A DNA stretch of 64,000 nt. Origin: Octopus vulgaris (lineage: Eukaryota). Of this stretch, positions 1 to 13,687 are shown in pieces. Position 1 is the stretch's first letter. Each line of letters opens with the position of its first letter. The stretch spans positions 140,926,001-140,990,000 of the forward strand of contig OX597817.1 in assembly GCA_951406725.2 (NCBI GenBank), written 5' to 3'. Below the pieces are notes generated by a model, which was not told the origin of the DNA, did not search any database, and saw nothing but the letters and a program-made list of their open reading frames with translations. Made by a program: the position numbers and the translations under genes.

Positions 1-1280
1 TCTGGCAAATGGAAACTGCATAGAAGCCCATCGTATATATGCGTGTACATCTCTTTGCTTTGACTTTGCGTAACAGATGTAAATCAGAATCACTGTCATA
101 CAGACAGTGGTCTTCATTCCCAATCTACCTTGAAAAACATGCCTGGGCATAGGAAATATTACCTTAATTGGAAATAGGTGAGGGTTAGCAACAGAGAGAG
201 CATCCAGCCATAGAAAAATCCACCTTAATAAATTCTGACCAATGCAAGTATGGAAAAGTGAACGGTAAAAGGATGATGATGAAATACATAACAAAATCCC
301 AAGACTTAGACAACATACAGGAAACATTATTAATAAGTATCACACTCATAGACTAGTGTGAATACAACAGAAAATACCGGAGTCCAAGGCCCACAAAGCT
401 GTGCTCAGTAACAAACTGAAAGTAGACAAAATTAATTGTACTCAGTAATACTGTTTCTATTTAAGGAATAAGGTCAGTAATTTGGAGAGAAGAATGTCTT
501 TTTAGTCAATACTATCAACCCCAGTACATAACTGGTACTTTATTTCATCAATCCTGAAAAGATGAAAAACAAAGATAACCTTTGCAAAATTTAAACTCGG
601 AATGTAGAGACAAAAACAAATACAGTAAGGCATTTTGTCTGACGTTCTAACAATACTACCAATAGGAACAAGACAACAAAATTCTTAAAAGTGGTATACA
701 ATCAGGCAACCCAAGAATATGACTGGTACACATTCTTTCTGGGTAGAGAAGGATATAAAACACGACAAGGTGGTTAAATGTCCCCTTCACAACTTTAGTT
801 TTTGCTTTGAACACTTTGCACAGTATTTTGGGTAAGGTGTTTTTACCCTAACTTTAGGATAATGTAAATTTTGTCAGTGAAATTTGAACCAGTCTGGTAG
901 GTCAAAGATAAGAACCATTCCTATTCTTGCTGGACTTAACCCATTGGCCAGTTGAAAAGCCAGCACCACCACCACCTCATCGGTGGGTGTCTGTAACAGA
1001 GCTCGATCTGGAGATAACTTGCTGCCTTCCACATTTATATAAAATTACATACACACACAACATAACTGTGGAAGCATCAAGAAATATCTAAGCTTTATTA
1101 ACGATGTAATATATTAGGTTAACAACTGGTTGGAGGGAAAAGAAGCAGGAAGCTGGCTGTGGACGATAAACCAAGCATCTTCTGCATCTGCAGGCAGCTT
1201 CTTGCCTTTTGCCTCCCAAGGATCAAAGCTATCATATACAGCTGAATTTGCCTCATTAACACACACACACATACACACAC

Positions 1281-1562
1281 ATCATCATCATCATCGTTTA
1301 ATGTCCGCTTTCCATGCTGGCATGGGTTGGACGTATGACCGAGGGCTGGCAAACCAGATGGCTGCACCAGGCTTCAATTTTGATCTGGCAGAGTTTCTAC
1401 AGCTGGATGCCCTTCCTAACGCCAACCAGTCCTAGAGTGCAGTGGGTGCTTTTATGTGCCACCAGCACGGGGCCAGTCAGGCAGCACTGGCAACAACTTC
1501 GCTCAAATCTTTTACACGTGCCACCGGTGCAGGTGCCAGTAAGGCGATGCTGGTAACGATCC
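1281..1562 (-). mobile_element. RTE-derived 3' tail repeat (representative copy; others at about 9520-10078+, 17452-17790+, 21038-21445-, 23665-24272+, 26730-26996+, 27248-27358-, 32401-32757-, 38679-39180-, 39800-40015-, 44050-44300+, 48206-48478-, 48800-49192+, 49834-50082-, 51850-52430+, 53180-53505+, 59088-59195-, 59985-60328+)
   Basis: Shared core CCACTACACTC..GAGTGGTTGGCGTTAGGAAGGGCATCCAGCTGTAGAAA...CCAACCCATGCTAGCATGGAAAGCGGACGTTAAACGATGATG seen repeatedly in both orientations. Confidence 0.9.
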
Positions 1563-1594
1563 CGACACACGCACACAAACATGTATACATACAG

Positions 1595-1628
<34 letters not shown>

Positions 1629-3204
1629 GCACACATAAATGAAGAGCAATACTACATTGGAGTAAAACGTAGGCTGTAAATGTAGGCTGAACATGCAAAA
1701 ACTAGAAATAAATTAAGGGTGCATGCTCTGCTGGATGTGCAACACCAATATGCACCATGACAAAGTGCAGGAGGGTATAGGAGGCATCAAAAGTAGTGTG
1801 ATGTGTATGGATGAAGACAGTTGCAGAAAGAGGTACTGGTCATTAAATGCTGATGGAACCTGTAGGAGGGAGGTTCAGGAAGCTGTCCAGACAAAGTAGC
1901 GAAAACCAATGTCAGGTTATTGAGCCTCACAAAAGAGATGACAAAAGACTGAGATGATTAGCAATTCACCATGCTTGAGAAAACTCATCCACCTCAGCAA
2001 AAAATGAAAATCTAAAAGTATATCATTAATGCTTTTTTGCCCCAGCACCCAATCTGTACTTGCTGAGCCCTTCCCAGCAACTTTGTAACATCAATCCCCT
2101 CTTCACCATTCTAACTGTGCAACTATTTCCTCAGCTGTTGTAATTAAATGAGAGCAGAGTTGCACATATTCCACTCAGCCACTTCTGCGCTACCAATATT
2201 CCCTCTTCTTAGGACCACTTCTTTTCTCACCCACTTTGCACTCACATCATCATCATCATCCATTGAACACCCCTTTCCCTCAAACATTCTCATGTCCATT
2301 ATCAAAATCCTACCCACACTTTTTATTGCAACCTACCACATCCATCCTGTGTGCCTCTAATCTCTGGGGTTTTTTTTCTGTAGCGTTACTTCTGCCCCCC
2401 CCCCCCCTACTTCACCTTCATCTTCCTATTTCATTATACTGTTGTCCTCCAGTCTGTCTTTATGTATTACCTTCTTTTCCTTAACCTCCTCCTCCTGTTT
2501 TCTTTCTCTTACCCTGCAAACTGAGATGCATCATTGTCTATGCCTCGACCCATGTTCACCATTCACTTCTACTCTCATCTCTAATCATCTGTCAATCTCC
2601 TTTCACAATCTCATGAACCTACAAATCTAGCCATCTTCATTTCTCTACTTTTTCTTATAGCCACCTCCACAATACCTTATCACCACTATTTTTTGCTCCC
2701 TTTCCTGCTGGGATAGTCATGTACCTCTTCTACAGCCAAAACACTTATTTCTGTCCCTCTATCATGTGTTAGCCTCTCAATGCCTGGCATAAAGCCACTG
2801 CCCTCGACATTGCACCTCCACTCAGTCCCCTGGTTCATAAGATCCTATCAAACTATCTAACCTACAGTTGCTTGGAACCGTAGGTTAGAATTATGATAAT
2901 TATGGACACACAGACATGGATACGCACACAAACATACTAGTGTGTTTAGTGGCATGTCGTCTTCTTTGAGTCAAAATGTAACTTAACAATTTGAGAAACA
3001 GGATCAACAGATAAGTTCCAAGCTGAAGTACTGACGTCAATGTAAGTAAGTAAAACTCTTGAAAATGGCACTATGCTCCAACATGGCCACAACCCAATAA
3101 CTGAAACCCATAAAAGGATATAAAAACATACAAGAACAAATTGAAGTCTAACAATAAGCAATAACTCTACCAAAGCTGTTGTTGTTTTATTGCTATCATC
3201 ATCA

Positions 3205-3248
<44 letters not shown>

Positions 3249-3729
3249 AACAACAATATCGCTGTCAATATCATCAGAGAAATTCGTTTCATTTTTCTGT
3301 ATGCAAAAAGTAAACAAGTGACAGTTGAGGGAGAACTTTTGATTATCAAGAGACGTAATGACTCAAAATATTGTCACTAATTAAATAAAAAGATTGATGA
3401 GAAAATAAGCTTCAGTTATTTGTGATTCCTTACAATAAAATAATACGATATCCCAATAAAATGATGTCGATTAATGTTGAAACTTTATTAGTTGTTGTTA
3501 AAAACACAGACATTTCCCAGAGAGGCATACAAGATAAATATTAGATTAAGACTATAATTAAAACAGCAAAGAGAAATGAACACGTATCGTGGGTGAACAT
3601 TTGTAGGGGCTGGTAAACGGGGTCAGAAGGAATACAATGACATTGTAAACCAAAGCAGAAACACTGAAAGGGGTTATATACAAACTGACCAAACGGATGG
3701 TGACTTAGAGCAAAACAAATATAAAAAAA

Positions 3730-4240
3730 GGTTTAATGGTATGGAAGACTTGTACATAGGTTAAATGACATACGCTTTATGATATAACCATATTTTTAAT
3801 GGCATGAAAGACATGGACATGGGTTTAATTGCATGATATATGTTTAATGGGATGGTAGGCACAGACCAATAATTAAAAGTGTGATAGATATACATAACAG
3901 TATGACAAATACGTGATAATGGTATGATAGAGATTTGTGTAAGGCAATTTAGATACTATGTTTAATGACATGGTAAGCAGATGTATACTTAATGGTATGG
4001 TGGAGCAAACACGTGGTTAATTGGGTGGCATGAAAGACATTACCATAGGTCTAATGGTACAGCAGACAAACATTAATTGCTGATGGATGAGGACATACAT
4101 TTAATACCATAGAAGGTACGAACATATTTAATGGTATGAATATGTGTTCTAACAGCATGCTAGACAAAGTTTTGATGTTATGCCAAACAGAGTAAATGTA
4201 TTCCATGGCATGGTAAATGTAGCCGTAGGTTTTTACAGGA
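3730..4240 (+). repeat. Degenerate minisatellite, period about 20-30 bp
   Basis: Recurrent (G)TTTAATGG(T/C)ATG(G/A)WAGACA variants. Confidence 0.6.
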
Positions 4241-4864
4241 CCTAGAGAAAGGTGACAATGCCAATGATCTTCTTCTTCGGGGCCGCCCAGACTTCAGCAA
4301 CCCTAACCCTAACCCAGCTGCACTCAAGTGGATTGTGCTTAAAGTACCCAAAGGTCAAACAATAGTGTTAAACTGGGGGCCAATTTAACTTTATCGACCC
4401 AAGATCAGTAACAGCTCTCTCTAACAGGATTCCATCAACCAACTTAAGGTTTTAGTTAAACTGAAGCTTGCTCAAGATTCTGCAGAATGGGACTGAAACC
4501 AAAACCACATTTAATGGCCATCATGACACTTTTAATAGAATGGAACATAAAATATTTACAAAAAAAACTGTGAAAAAAACCCTAAACAAATGACACTTTA
4601 ATATTACAGGTAATATACACAATGGTATCGTGCATACAAACAAACTGGTATGGTGAATATACACACATACTGGTGAGGTAAATATGCACACAGTAGTATG
4701 GCAAATATACACACAATAAATACAGGTGATGGAGTAGAGAGAAGAGTTTAGAGTCAGGGCTCAGTAGAAAGACAAAGAATGGAGGAAGAAGGAGGAGGAT
4801 ATTAGCAGTTTGTCTTGACAAGAACCAGACCAGTAACAGAAAGTAGTAAAGAAATCTAAAATCC

Positions 4865-4920
4865 TTAGAGTTCTTTCTCGAAATATTTTCTAATATCACA
4901 CACCAATGTAAGGTAGTCCA
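4865..4920 (-). CDS. Candidate distal last exon (VDYLTLVCDIRKYFEKEL* in phase 1) with 3' UTR to about 4510
   Basis: Very strong acceptor CTCTCTTTTTTTCCTCAG. ATTAAA hexamers on the minus strand at 4597-4602 and 4531-4536. Confidence 0.45.
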
Positions 4921-5466
4921 CTGAGGAAAAAAAGAGAGTAATTTAATATGAGAGGTAGTTAGACTTACTGTTGTAAGAGAAGACGACGAAATAGAGTGAA
5001 TAGGCGTAAAACTGATAGGAACTGATAGAATAAATAACTTTTAAATTCTCAGTGATTGGAAATAAGAAATTAAATGCTAAAACAACATTTGAAAATAAAT
5101 GAATAATAAAAACACAGGAACTACATTCTTTCTCTACTTAAAAAGTCTTGAGTTGGTTTTTCTCTGGACACAAATTAACTTTGATAACAAATTCAGCCAA
5201 CGAACAAGATAATAGATAGTAAAAAAAAAAAAAAAATAAAATATACTAAACAAAAAATGGATACATAAGGTAAAAAGTTGTAGCAAACTGCTTTTGCAGA
5301 ATGGAAGCAAAATGGTGAAAAGAAAAACTATATAGACATATATGTGTCATTATTAATTTAGACTCCAGAATGATTACTGCAGCAAAAAATGTTTAACAGA
5401 CTTTCAGAGGAAATTTAGGACCATGTGCATGCAAGCAAGTGCACACACACATGGAATATATGCTTC

Positions 5467-5469
<3 letters not shown>

Positions 5470-5535
<66 letters not shown>
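5470..5535. repeat. (AG)n microsatellite
   Basis: Direct reading. Other large SSRs: (ATT)n 3207-3246 and 11169-11210, (TG)n/(TA)n 13585-13685, (CA)n 31184-31228 and 54480-54528, (TA)n 18546-18586. Confidence 0.97.
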
Positions 5536-5542
<7 letters not shown>

Positions 5543-6330
5543 TGAGATATTGAGAAATAGAAAAAAGAAAACGAAATCAGAGATACAGACAGACAGAGAG
5601 TGGAGGTAATAAGTCCAAGAAAAAAACAGAAAAAGTTATTATTGTGTTTGATATTCAATATTGAAAATAAATAGTCAACATGCCTTTTTTTTTTTGCTCC
5701 CCATTATCTCAAATTTTTTTTCATAAATATAAAATTTCAGTCACTTATTTTGCAATTTATCTTTAAAAAAAAAAGCTCATATAATTCAATAAGAAGTTAT
5801 AAAAAAAAAACAGATAATTTAGAAAAAAAAAATCTAAAACAAATCACAGCTGTTGAAAACAAAAATATAAAAAAAGACATGCAATTAATTATTGGTATCA
5901 ATAAGCAAATGGTATGTTAAAAAGTTTCTTTTTTCAAATTATATATACACACACACAAAACTGATATTTAATCATTATATATGTGTGGTTGTGTGTGTGT
6001 CCTATCAATACTAACCAAAACCATTATATATAAGATGTTCCACCAATATTAACTAGATTTAACCATCTAATATGTGTGTGCTGTGTGTGTATAATGTTCC
6101 ATATTGAGTCCATTTTTATATATATATGTGTGTGTGTATATATATATATATAATGCATATTATGTTCCATCATATTAAATAGCAGGACTGCAACTAACGG
6201 GGCCACCACCACATCAGGATATTGGAAAGAAAAAAAAGCAAAAGGGTGCATTGGAGAAAGAAGGGGAAAGGTAAAGAGGGAGGGCTTCATTGCAACTGTT
6301 TCATTACTCAAGGCCAGCTTCTCTGGTTCT

Positions 6331-6368
6331 CTAGACGTGATAAATTTGCGTATTCCTCTCGAAATGCC
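6331..6368 (-). CDS. Candidate alternative last exon (GHFERNTQIYHV* in phase 1)
   Basis: Very strong acceptor TTTTTACTCTTCTTTATTTCCAG, followed by AT-rich, UTR-like unique sequence. The frame assignment is inferred. Confidence 0.4.
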
Positions 6369-8258
6369 CTGGAAATAAAGAAGAGTAAAAATGAAATGTC
6401 TTTGGAAACAGTTTTCTCTCTTATTGAACGAAAAGAAAATAAGAAATTCAATTATGTTCAGCAAACATCTCAAAGAGTCTGTTAAATATGTTCTTTTCTC
6501 TTCCTGTCTCTCTCTCACACACACTGGTTAATCAATATATTTCTGATAGTGATTGGGGTGGTAGGGAGAAAGCAGTAAAGTAAAAAATATATGTTGCTGA
6601 GTGTTTGGTGAGTTGGTGCATAGATATGTGGGTTTGGGTTATACAACCAGGACAACAAGACTGAGTGAAGATATGCTGTACAAGAGACACATTCAACTCG
6701 TACTGATGACTATGTCGAACATAAAGGGCGTGTGTGTGTGTGTGTGTGTGTGTGTGTCTCTCTCTAAAAGAAAATTCTATGTTGTTCTCAAGTTTAGAAA
6801 GTTATTTTTCTCTCAGTCAATGTCTTCAGTTGTTGAGTTGGGAATTTTTTACATTTACTGAGTGAACGACATTGTGATTGGTAGGTTGGAAAACTTCTGA
6901 GTTTGTACAACAGAGGAAACCACACAGACTCAGACGATTAATGCAACACTGATGTACCCAACCACCATGACCATCACCAACAACAACTACAGATAAACAA
7001 AACGATGGTGAAACATCAAGTCAAATGGAAACTGAGGTGGCTGGGTGGAGGTGCAGAACAGAAGACATTGTTTCAAACTGTTTCGTGTCTTGTTCCATTC
7101 TCAAGTTACAAATAGATGTAGGAGATGCTACAAAGGTAAGGGACCAATCTCCCTTCCTCTAGACTTAACAAGTAAACCCACCACCTACCTGTATCTCAAG
7201 TTCTTGTTGGACATCACAAAATTATATTCAGTGGAAGCCCTTCCTGATAGCAAACCCCCCTCCTGGTTTCTAATGATTCCCATTGTCTGTTGAGGCCCTG
7301 TGAACACATGAATGTACTTGTACTTGTGGCGACATTCACCCTGGGCAGGTTGAGTTGGCTTCTTCTATCACCCTCAAGACATCTAGAACCATGGCGGTGG
7401 AAGAAGTTTCGTGGGAATATGAATTTCACAAGTGGTCCCCAACAATCCCGCATGTAGAAACATCCTGTTTGCCGCAGATTGTCTGCAGACATAGGGACAG
7501 AACGACCAAGGAGCCACCGGGTGCCAAAACAGACACTCTGAGGATTTTCACCAGAGCCCCGTCTGCCAGGTTGTGGCTCTAATACCACTCGGTGTCAGAC
7601 CAATCCGCTTTGGGTGGCCCTACCAGGGACTGAAGTTCCCGACGGCATAGCTCTGACACTACCCGTTGCCAGCGTCCCCACCATGGTGAGGAGGGGATGG
7701 ACATGCTTTCGCAAGGACAACCATTTATATGAACAGTAACACACACAAAGACAAGGTAGAACACACACACATACAAACGGTTTCTTCCAGTTGCCATATG
7801 GTAATTTTATTGACAAACGTTGGTCTAATACTCATTATAGTGAGAGATAAACCAAGATAACTATTCTACAGACAGTAAACCACTTATATAACAAACAATT
7901 AAATTAGTCGTCATATGACCTTAGTTTGTCAGCAGTTCTCAATGCTTTCTTGCCCAAAAAATAAATAAATAAGCTCTATGTTTACCAATCGATGCAACAT
8001 CCAACAGACTTTAACCACAAGTTGTTGTTTTCTTCCTAATTCTACAACTTCTGTCCAAAGCTCTAATGAGTTTGTTAATTATTTATGGTCTACGATATTT
8101 TCTTTGAGGTCAAAAATTAATTATTAACATCATGCTCATACATATATGCATGTGTATATCATATACATATATCTATCCATACACATACACCATCACCACT
8201 GCTGATGTTAAACTGTAGACCAAATGCCATACAACTCCATTTCCATTACAGAGATAAG

Positions 8259-9520
8259 TGTATGAGGGTTGTACTGAAATTTATGCAAAAGTGGGCATAA
8301 TTTTTTTATTAACTGACAATGATCCTTTCAATTCCACATTTTGTGAGAATAAATCTCCCTCCAGAGTAACTCTTCTTCCTGTTCTTCATCATCAGAGGAA
8401 AATAATGGGTTCCAAGCAGAAACAACATGCCATCATTGAGTTCTTGACAGTAGAAAGTTGCAAACAGAAACGACATATCATTGCTGAGTTCTTGACAAAG
8501 AAGGGCTTCAGGTTGTCTGACATCCACAGAAGACCACAAGTTGTAAATGGAGATGACTTCACTGACAAGAATAATGAGCATAGATGGATGAAAAAATTTA
8601 CAGCATGGAACTGATGGAGGCAAAGTGGTTGAGTTCCTTTCAAGCGTTGGGCCTAATGGAGGCAATGACCAAGACCTTTGGCATTATGTTGTGCTTGAGA
8701 AGAAAACCCACCAAACCGAGCAAATTCGCAGTCGTGGCAGATACCAGTGTCATGTCATACACAAATTGGCACCCATGCCAGTGACACATACAAAGCACCC
8801 AGGTGTCACACAAATGGCATCTGTGCCAGTGACATGTAAAAGCACCCATCACACTCTCGGAAGGGCATTCAGTTGTAGAAAACCATGTCAACTCAGATGG
8901 GAGTCGGGTGCAGCCTTCCAGCTTGCCAGCCCTAGTCAAACCATCCAACCCATGCCAGCATGGATAATGGACATTAAATGATGATGATGATCATCATCAG
9001 CAGCAGCAGCATCATGAAAGCAAAGCATGCAGTGGGAGACCATCAACTGTGATGACAGGCATGAATCACCAGGGAGTGAGCAAAATGAGGAGACACAATT
9101 GATGAGCATACTGCACAACTGGACTGTGGTCACAATGCAATCCTGAATAGAAAAGAAGAGTTTGGGTGTCCAAAGTGGAGACTGCAGCAGTTGACATTTG
9201 GTTTGAAAGAAAGGTGAGAGGCTGCCCTGATCTGCTGGAAGTATTTGAATCCCAATGAAGACACGTTTTTCTGAAGATGAAAAGAGGTTGTAATTTTATG
9301 ATCCAGAAACAAAAGCTCCATTAGCATCACATGTCTTTGAAATTCAAGAAGCAGCAGTTGACAGAGAAAATCAAAGTGACATTTTCGGCAGATGACCAAG
9401 GCAACATTCTACTTGGTTTTCTAAAACATGGCTGTGAGCAGCAAGTGGTACATTGAGACATTCAGAAAGCTTAGAAAAGTCATTAAGAAGAAGGGGTCAA
9501 ACATCAATCTAAAAACAATC
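8259..9520 (+). mobile_element. Degraded mariner-like transposon split by an RTE-tail insertion (about 8612-9014)
   Basis: TATGAGGGTTG TIR-like start. HTH-like AIIEFLT...SDIHRR...HRWMKKF with an internal duplication of about 45 bp; resumes after the insert with SGRPSTV and YDPETK-like sequence. Confidence 0.7.
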
Positions 9521-11167
9521 CATAAGCCCACTTATGCGTACCTTTTCTTCATTGGACACTGAACTCTGCTTGCGAAGACCTGTTGAGGCAAGTGAAATCG
9601 AAATCAAATTCGATGACTGGCATCTGTGCTAGTGGAGTGCTAAGAGCACCATCCAAGCATGATCACTGCCAGAGCGGCTAACTGGCTTCTGTGCCGATGG
9701 CACGTAAAAAGCACCATTCGAGCGTGATCATTACAAGTGTTGTCTTACTGGTACTTGTGCCAGTGGCACATGAAAAAATATTCGAGCAAGGTCATTGTCA
9801 GTGCCGCTGGACTGGCTCCTGTGCAGGTGGCACTTAAAAAATCACCATTTGAGCATAGCCGTTGCCAGTACCGCATGATTGGCCCTCGTGCCACTGGCAC
9901 GTAAAAGCACCCACTACACTCTTGGAGTGGTTGGCGTTAGGAAAGGCATCCAGCTGTAGAAACTTTGCCAGATCAAGATTGGAGCCTTGTGCAGCCATCT
10001 AGTTCGCCAGTCCTCAGTCAAATCGCACAACCTATGCCAGCATGGAAAGCAGACATTAAACGATGATGATGATGATGAAGATGCAAACACATACACACAT
10101 CTTTGGTAACAAAGATGTGTGTAGTAGTGATGATGATGATAGGGATGGTGGTGGTGTTGGTGGTGGTGGTGGAGATTACTTTGAACACCTGGGTTTTTGA
10201 GAAACAACATTTTACCTTTTGAAATTGAACTTGGGAATCAATGACAGTGAAGACGAAGTTGAACTTTTCTCCATGGTTGATATTCCTCACTAGTAAGAAC
10301 GGTTTACTCCTTTGTATTTTAACTGCCTTGCATCGTACCAACGTGACAACTGTTCATTTGCTGCTTTTCTCACCTCAGCCACCACTCCACACACACACCT
10401 TAATTATAATCACCTCGACCATAACTGCAGAAAGCATCCAGCCTCACACATTTGAACATTAACTCCACACACACACCTTAATTAAAATCCTCTCGACCAT
10501 AACGACCAGAACCATCCAACCTCATTCATTAACTCCAAACTGAATTGTAAACCACCCCCATCACTATTATCATTTCAGCCACATTTCAACTACAATCCAC
10601 ATTATCACAAAATGTAATTCCCATAAAAGTCAGCTCAAACCATTCAATGGTTCATATTCATTTTTAAACATATTTAAAATTTAATGTGAAATTATTTTGT
10701 TGTAAAAAAAAAAATAAATAGGGAGGAGAATGTTTCATTTGTGTTGGAACAAAATGCTGATAGAATCTTGAGAAGGAAAAGCACCAATCAATGAGGACGG
10801 GAGGTGGAGGGTGGTGATACATGCGGTGAGGGAACAATTCCGTTTAACCTCACATCTCATCTGTTCTGATCAAATTTGATAAGTTACGCCACCTCATACA
10901 ATATTTGCCAGAAATGAAATTGGAAAACAAACAAACAAACAAACAAGAAATAAACGAGAGAAACACAGAGAAAGAGAAAGAGAAGAAAAACAACCAGAAA
11001 ACTTGATCAATTGCAAATTCTGTTAATTTGCAGTTATTTAGAGAAATACTAGTTATATTGATCTGAAAATGTTAGCAGCTGCAACGTGCGATGGAGGTTA
11101 AATGTGAAATATATCTCAACTGAATAACTGTTACACTAATCAACCTTCGGTCTCAGAATTCAAATGG

Positions 11168-11211
<44 letters not shown>

Positions 11212-11427
11212 TAAGACTACGATGTAGCAGAATCATTAGCACACACCAGACAACATGGTAGTAGCTTAGCTGCGGCTTTTGGTAATTAGAGAATTCTCTT
11301 TGAAGAGATTCCCTTTCTACATTTTGTTGCAAACAGTACCAGATTTCATGCCTTGTACATATAGTAGAGAGAATGAGAGAAACATTAACACAGCAGACAA
11401 AATGCTGAGCAGTATTTTGTCTGTCTC

Positions 11428-11660
11428 AGGTGGCAAGCTGGCAGAAACTTTAGCACGCCAGGTGAAATGCATAACCGTATTTCGTCTGCCGTTACGTTCT
11501 GAGTTCAAATTCCGCCGAGGTCGACTTTGCCTTTCATCCTTTCGGAGTCAATAAATTAAGTACCAGTTACGCACTGGGGTCGGTGTAATCGATGTAATCC
11601 GTCTACTTGTCCTTGTTTGTCTCCTCTGTGTTTAGCCCCTTGTGGGTAGTAAAGAAATAA
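11428..11660 (+). mobile_element. Nin-like tRNA SINE nested in an older SINE of the same superfamily
   Basis: TSD TATTTTGT(C/T)TGTCTC on both sides. The host SINE resumes at about 11662-11830. Confidence 0.85.
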
Positions 11661-12555
11661 ATATTTTGTTTGTCTCCACATTCTGAGTCAACATTCAGCC
11701 AAGGTCAACTTTGCCTTTCATTCTTTCGGGGTCAATAAAATAAGGTCCAGTCAAATAATGAATTCAATGTAATCGACTCATCCACCCTCTCCACCCCACC
11801 CAGAAGATTCAGGTCTTGTGCTTCTAGTAAAAAGGATTTATTATTATTATTATTATTATTATTGTTATCATTATTATTGTTACTACTACTACTACTGCTA
11901 TTGCTGCTACTACCGAAGTAATTCATTATAAGAGCTCAGAACTATGTTGAAAATCTGAACAGACAAACAGCTGTCTTGAAAATCTTCCAGCCATCTTAAG
12001 AATTCCATTCTCAATAACTTCTTATACTGTCTACTAATTCTATATGGTTTTCAAACAATTACCTTAAAACAGAGTTTTACAGCCCTTAATGTTTCACAGA
12101 AGATGAGAGAAACAATAAATAAGAGCTTTACTCCATCAATAAATCAGAGAAGATGAGAGACATTAGGAAGTTGGATTTGCCCCTTCAATACGTTAGAGAA
12201 GACTAGAAACAGGCACACAGGAATCGGAATAAAAAGGTAACAGTAAATATTTCGTTTAACCATCAATATCCAATCCTCACTCAAACCAAATACAACTCTT
12301 CTAAGGATGTAGTTAAAGAACAATCTTGTATTAAAAAAAAAACTTCAAAACGGCAGCTTTACAGTGGCATCATCCTCCACAACAAAATGTAAGACTAGAA
12401 TCTTTACAAACAGAATTTTTCAATTACTAAAAGCAGCAGCTAAGCTACCACAATTATCATCAACAACAACCACCTAATGGATATTCACAGCTAATACAGG
12501 CACATGTACACTCAAAGTTACTCCATATGGATGTCTATGTATGTATGTGTATGTA

Positions 12556-12908
12556 TCTCTCTATATATAAACGGCAGTTTGTCTGTGCGTGTTTCTGTGT
12601 GTCTGTTTGCTTGTACCCTCACCCTGACCACGGCTTTCAACCGATTCTGATGAAACTTGACACACACATAGCCCAATGTCATAATTCAAAACTAACGCAG
12701 CGAAAATAAAAGTTCCCCCAGTTCTGAAAAATATAAATTCGACATGGGGTCGAGAATCAGAAACACAAACCACAACTCCACCTTTTTTAAATCTCAAAAA
12801 AATTACCATCATTTTATTCCATTTTTTTGCTATTTTTTGACTATAACTCTCTAAAAATGCTTTATAGTTATTTCCTACAAACCTGAGCAACGCCGGGCGA
12901 TACTGCTA

Positions 12909-12909
<1 letters not shown>
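12556..12909 (+). mobile_element. Non-autonomous Helitron
   Basis: A|TC start, CTAG|T end, subterminal GC-rich hairpin-like CCTGAGCAACGCCGGG. Confidence 0.75.
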
Positions 12910-12941
<32 letters not shown>

Positions 12942-13578
12942 CTCGTATGGTGCTCTTTGTGTATATCCAAAACTGTAAGGATAATTTGGTAACTTGACCG
13001 ATGAGAGGAGGCCACTAATGACCCGTCCTTGTTTTTACCTATCCATCTTTACATCATATACCTGTCCGGATGTTTTATTGTCGTCTGTTGTGTTCTTGCT
13101 CACTTTGTAAGTATGCATCAAAATTTTGTATTTGTAATTGTGTAACATGTTCTCCATTTCTTGTCTTTGTCATTGTACACATTCACCTGCTTTCTGCCAA
13201 AAAATGTTATGCTCTTAGCTTAGATTTTTGGGGCAGCCAGACTTGAACAGTCTCAAGTGTAACTGCCTGAAACTGTAAGGATAATTTGGTAACTTGACTG
13301 ATGAGAGCAAGCGGAAAATGACCCATCCTTGTTTTTTCCTCTCTTTCTTTTTATTGTTTTTCTTGTCCATCTTTGTATCGTCTATCTGTCCGGATATTTT
13401 ATTGTCATCTGTTGCATTCTTGTTCCATTTTATGGATTTATATATGTGTGTGTGTGTGTCTGTGTGCATATATGTATGTGTGTATATAGATAGATATGTA
13501 TGTATATACATATATGTGTGTGTGTATGCATATATATATATATATACTTATGTGTATATATATATGTATATACATGTG

Positions 13579-13687
<109 letters not shown>

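Noticed and set aside
1119-1698. Many short ORFs of the MAAPGSNLDLAEFLQLDALPNAN type and VCVC/HTHT ORFs across the window
   Set aside because: They are translations of the RTE tail repeat and microsatellites and recur at every copy; there is no coding signal.
4582-4899. 105-aa hydrophobic ORF (and the 166-aa ORF at 6024-6524) as standalone membrane proteins
   Set aside because: Low-complexity T-rich UTR-like sequence and non-ATG starts; better explained as alternative frames over candidate terminal exons.
7310-7720. GC-richer stretch with 70-124 aa ORFs
   Set aside because: No recognisable domain or splice logic; it resembles a LINE 5' UTR fragment but cannot be assigned confidently.
13265-13310. 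Permuted hammerhead (GAAAC...CTGATGAG)
   Set aside because: Stems I and II cannot be paired convincingly, and the sister copy has CCGATGA.
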